From assembly GCA_963755025.1 (NCBI GenBank), contig CAVWIH010000021.1, positions 17,784 through 81,783 of the forward strand: a DNA stretch of 64,000 nucleotides. Reading direction: 5' to 3'. Below the pieces are notes generated by a model. It had not been told where the DNA came from and searched no databases. It saw only the letters and a list, made by a program, of their open reading frames with translations. Each line of letters opens with the position of its first letter. Position 1 is the first letter of the stretch. The DNA is from an uncultured Actinomycetes bacterium. GTDB lineage: Bacteria > Actinomycetota > Thermoleophilia > UBA2241. The translations under genes were made by a program, and so were the position numbers. Below, one piece after another: positions 61,536-64,000 of this stretch.

Positions 61536-63523
61536 GGGAGAGCCAGCTCGTCACGCCGTGCTGCCAGGACTGCACGCACGGGCCGTCGTCACCCTGCTCC
61601 GACCTGCTCGAATGCGTCGACCACGGTCCCCTCTGCCATACCGACGAGGCGTGCCGCAGGGCCCGCGCCGCGCGCCGCGCCCGGGTGGCGCGCGGCGGCG
61701 ACGGCCCGACGGTGTTCGTGGGCGCCGGCACGTGCGGCCGGGCCGCCGGCGCGCAGGCGGTGCTCGCCGCGATCCGGCGCTACGTCGCCGGCGCGGGCCT
61801 CGACGTGCCCGTCGTCGAGACGGGCTGCGTGGGCTGGTGCGAGCGCGAGGTGTTCGTCGACCTGGTCACCGCCGACGGCGTGCGTCTGAGCTACTGCGAC
61901 CTCGGCCCCGACACGATCGACGAGTGGCTCAGCGCCGTGCTCGGCCGCGGCGAGCTCGCCAACCGGTTTCTGCTGGGCCGTTACGACGACCCGGAAGGTC
62001 GCCACCCCGGCGTGCCGGCCCTCGCCGACACGCCGTTCTTCGCCGCGCAGACGAGGGTGGTGCTCGGCAACTGCGGGGTGATCGACCCCTCCTCGCTCGA
62101 CGCGGCGCTGGCCGCCGGCGGCTTTCGCGCCGCCGTGCGCGCGCTCACCGGCATGACGCCCGCCGAAGTCTGCGACGAGGTCATCGCCTCGGGCCTGCGC
62201 GGGCGCGGCGGCGGCGGGTTCTCCACGGGCCGCAAGTGGAAGATCGCCTTCGAGCAGCCACGCGCCCAGAAGTACCTCATCTGCAACGCCGACGAGGGAG
62301 ACCCGGGCGCCTTCATGGACCGCGCCCTGCTCGAGAGCGACCCCTTCCGCGTGATCGAGGGCATGCTCGTCGCCGCCTACGCGATCGGCGCGACCAAGGG
62401 CTTCGTCTACTGCCGCGCCGAGTACCCCCTGGCCGTCGAACGCCTGGCCGAAGCGCTCGTTCAGTGCCGCGCCGCGGGGCTGCTGGGCAAGGACATCCTG
62501 GGCAGCCTGGTCGACTTCGACATCACGATCAAGCAGGGCGCCGGCGCCTTCGTGTGCGGCGAGGAAACGGCCATCCTGGCGAGCATCGAGGGCGGGCGCG
62601 GCGTGCCGCGCCCGCGCCCGCCGTACCCCACGAGCGCCGGCCTGCACGGCAGGCCCACGGTGTTGAACAACGTCGAGACGCTGGCCAATGTACCGGTCGT
62701 GATCGGCCGCGGCGCCGAGAGCTACCGCGCCCTCGGCCGCGGCGAGGCGGCCGGCACGAAGGTCTTCGCCCTGAGCGGCCGCGTGCGCAACACGGGCCTC
62801 GTCGAGGTGCCCGTCGGCACGCCGCTGCGCGAGATCGTCTACGCCGTCGGCGGGGGCGCCCCGGCGGGTCACGAGGTCAAAGCCGTGCAGATCGGCGGCC
62901 CCACCGGCGGCTGCGTGCCGGCCGCCCTGCTCGACGTGGCCACCGACTACGAGCCCCTCGAGGAGCTCGGCGCGGCGATGGGTTCGGGCGGCATGATCGT
63001 CATGGACGAGCGCACCTGCATGGTCGACATCGCGCGCTTCTTCATGGAGTTCCTGAGCAGCGAAAGCTGCGGCAAGTGCACGCCCTGCCGCGAGGGCACG
63101 ACGCGCATGCACGAGATCCTCACGGGGCTCTGCGAGCGACCGGCCGGCGAGAGAGCCCGGCTCGAGCGGTTCCGCGGCGTGCTGCACCTCGAGGAGCTCG
63201 CCAACGTCGTGGCCGAGACTTCGCTCTGCGGCCTCGGCCAGGCGGCCGCCAACCCCGTGCTGAGCACGCTGCGCTACTTCCGCGACGAGTACGAGACCCA
63301 CGTCATGGAGACACGCTGCCCCTCCGGAGTCTGCGAGGGCTTGCGCGTCTACGACATCGAACCGACCCTGTGCGACGGCTGCGGGCTGTGCGTCGCCGGC
63401 TGCCCCTGCGCGGCGATCGTCGGCAAGCCGTCCTTCGCCCACGCCATCGTCGTCGACCGTTGCAGCGGCTGCGGCGCCTGCACCGAGGTCTGCCCCACGC
63501 AGGCCGTGCGCGCCGTCGCCTGA
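61532..63523 (+). CDS. HydB/NuoF-like FMN/NADH-binding subunit with extra Fe-S domains
   Basis: GLRGRGGGGF, NADEGDPGAFMDR, CGEET, SCGKCTPCREG, CGLGQ, RCPSGVC and two C-terminal ferredoxin motifs. Confidence 0.92.
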   Translation: MRESQLVTPCCQDCTHGPSSPCSDLLECVDHGPLCHTDEACRRARAARRARVARGGDGPTVFVGAGTCGRAAGAQAVLAAIRRYVAGAGLDVPVVETGCVGWCEREVFVDLVTADGVRLSYCDLGPDTIDEWLSAVLGRGELANRFLLGRYDDPEGRHPGVPALADTPFFAAQTRVVLGNCGVIDPSSLDAALAAGGFRAAVRALTGMTPAEVCDEVIASGLRGRGGGGFSTGRKWKIAFEQPRAQKYLICNADEGDPGAFMDRALLESDPFRVIEGMLVAAYAIGATKGFVYCRAEYPLAVERLAEALVQCRAAGLLGKDILGSLVDFDITIKQGAGAFVCGEETAILASIEGGRGVPRPRPPYPTSAGLHGRPTVLNNVETLANVPVVIGRGAESYRALGRGEAAGTKVFALSGRVRNTGLVEVPVGTPLREIVYAVGGGAPAGHEVKAVQIGGPTGGCVPAALLDVATDYEPLEELGAAMGSGGMIVMDERTCMVDIARFFMEFLSSESCGKCTPCREGTTRMHEILTGLCERPAGERARLERFRGVLHLEELANVVAETSLCGLGQAAANPVLSTLRYFRDEYETHVMETRCPSGVCEGLRVYDIEPTLCDGCGLCVAGCPCAAIVGKPSFAHAIVVDRCSGCGACTEVCPTQAVRAVA

Positions 63524-63534
63524 AGGGGATCGTC

Positions 63535-64000
63535 ATGAGCATCACCATCAACGGCAAGGAGATCGAGCTCGCGCCGGGCGAGACCGTGCTGCAGACGGCC
63601 GGGCGCGCCGGCATCGATATCCCACACCTGTGCTCGCTCGACTGGGCGCCGTCACCGTCGGCGTCGTGCCGGCTCTGCGTGGTCGAAGTCGAGGGTGAGC
63701 GGCGCCTGCAGACGAGCTGCACGCTCGCCGCTCGCGACGGCATGCGCGTGCGCACCCACACGGCGCGCATCCTCGAAGCGCGCCGCGCCATCGTCGAGCT
63801 GCTCATCGCCAGCCACCCGCAGGACTGCCTCACCTGCGCGCGCGCCGGACGTTGCGAGCTCGCCGTGCTCTCCGCCGAGCTGGGCGCGCGCGAAGGCCGC
63901 TATGTGGGCGCCGTCAAAGATCACGCCATCGACGTGAGCTCGCCGGCGCTCTGGCACGACCCCAACAAGTGCGTGTTGTGCGGCCGCTGCGTGACCATGT
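63535..64000 (+). CDS. HydA/NuoG-like subunit, N-terminal part (runs off the window; absent from the ORF track)
   Basis: Manual translation: MSITINGKEI...IPHLC...CRLCVVEV...SC...HPQDCLTC...CEL...KCVLCGRCV, i.e. [2Fe-2S], His-ligated [4Fe-4S] and ferredoxin motifs. Confidence 0.88.
   Translation, partial: MSITINGKEIELAPGETVLQTAGRAGIDIPHLCSLDWAPSPSASCRLCVVEVEGERRLQTSCTLAARDGMRVRTHTARILEARRAIVELLIASHPQDCLTCARAGRCELAVLSAELGAREGRYVGAVKDHAIDVSSPALWHDPNKCVLCGRCVTM

Noticed and set aside
61065-64000. Respiratory complex I nuoEFG
   Set aside because: No nuoA-D upstream; the extra ferredoxin domains on the NuoF-like subunit and the Rex context fit a soluble HydABC-type complex.

Overview
Very GC-rich bacterial DNA, probably from an anaerobic or facultative deep-branching actinobacterium such as Thermoleophilia or Coriobacteriia. 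That placement is an inference from composition plus a FabZ/AccA/AccD-type FAS II. Many clearly functional genes carry 1-2 bp frameshifts, which suggests an unpolished long-read or MAG assembly. Left to right the window holds: (i) an operon of a permease-less ABC-type ATPase, a HypB/UreG-like GTPase, a cysteine desulfurase and an Fe-S protein, followed by cysK and hydE; (ii) aqpZ, an xpaC/telA pair, an Orn/Lys/Arg decarboxylase, a candidate C-rich small RNA, msrB, a TipA-like MerR regulator, an alkylation-repair cluster (tag-like, ogt, ada-alkA), oxidoreductases and a TetR-MFS-methyltransferase unit; (iii) about 5 kb of small co-oriented accessory genes separated by degenerate attC-like sequences, possibly a decayed integron cassette array; (iv) TspO, an MFS, a GlcD/GlcF-type FAD/Fe-S oxidoreductase with a Met-rich tail, cysteine dioxygenase, a YyaL-like protein and an ABC-2 exporter; (v) an ECF sigma/anti-sigma pair heading a fabZ-H-D-G-F-accD-accA operon with no acpP; (vi) a Fur-family regulator with a Ni/Co ECF transporter, a DUF3786-like protein, Rex with its operators, a stand-alone response regulator and a HydC-HydB-HydA electron-bifurcating-type hydrogenase-like operon that runs off the right edge. 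No rRNA, tRNA, CRISPR array, transposase or integrase was found.
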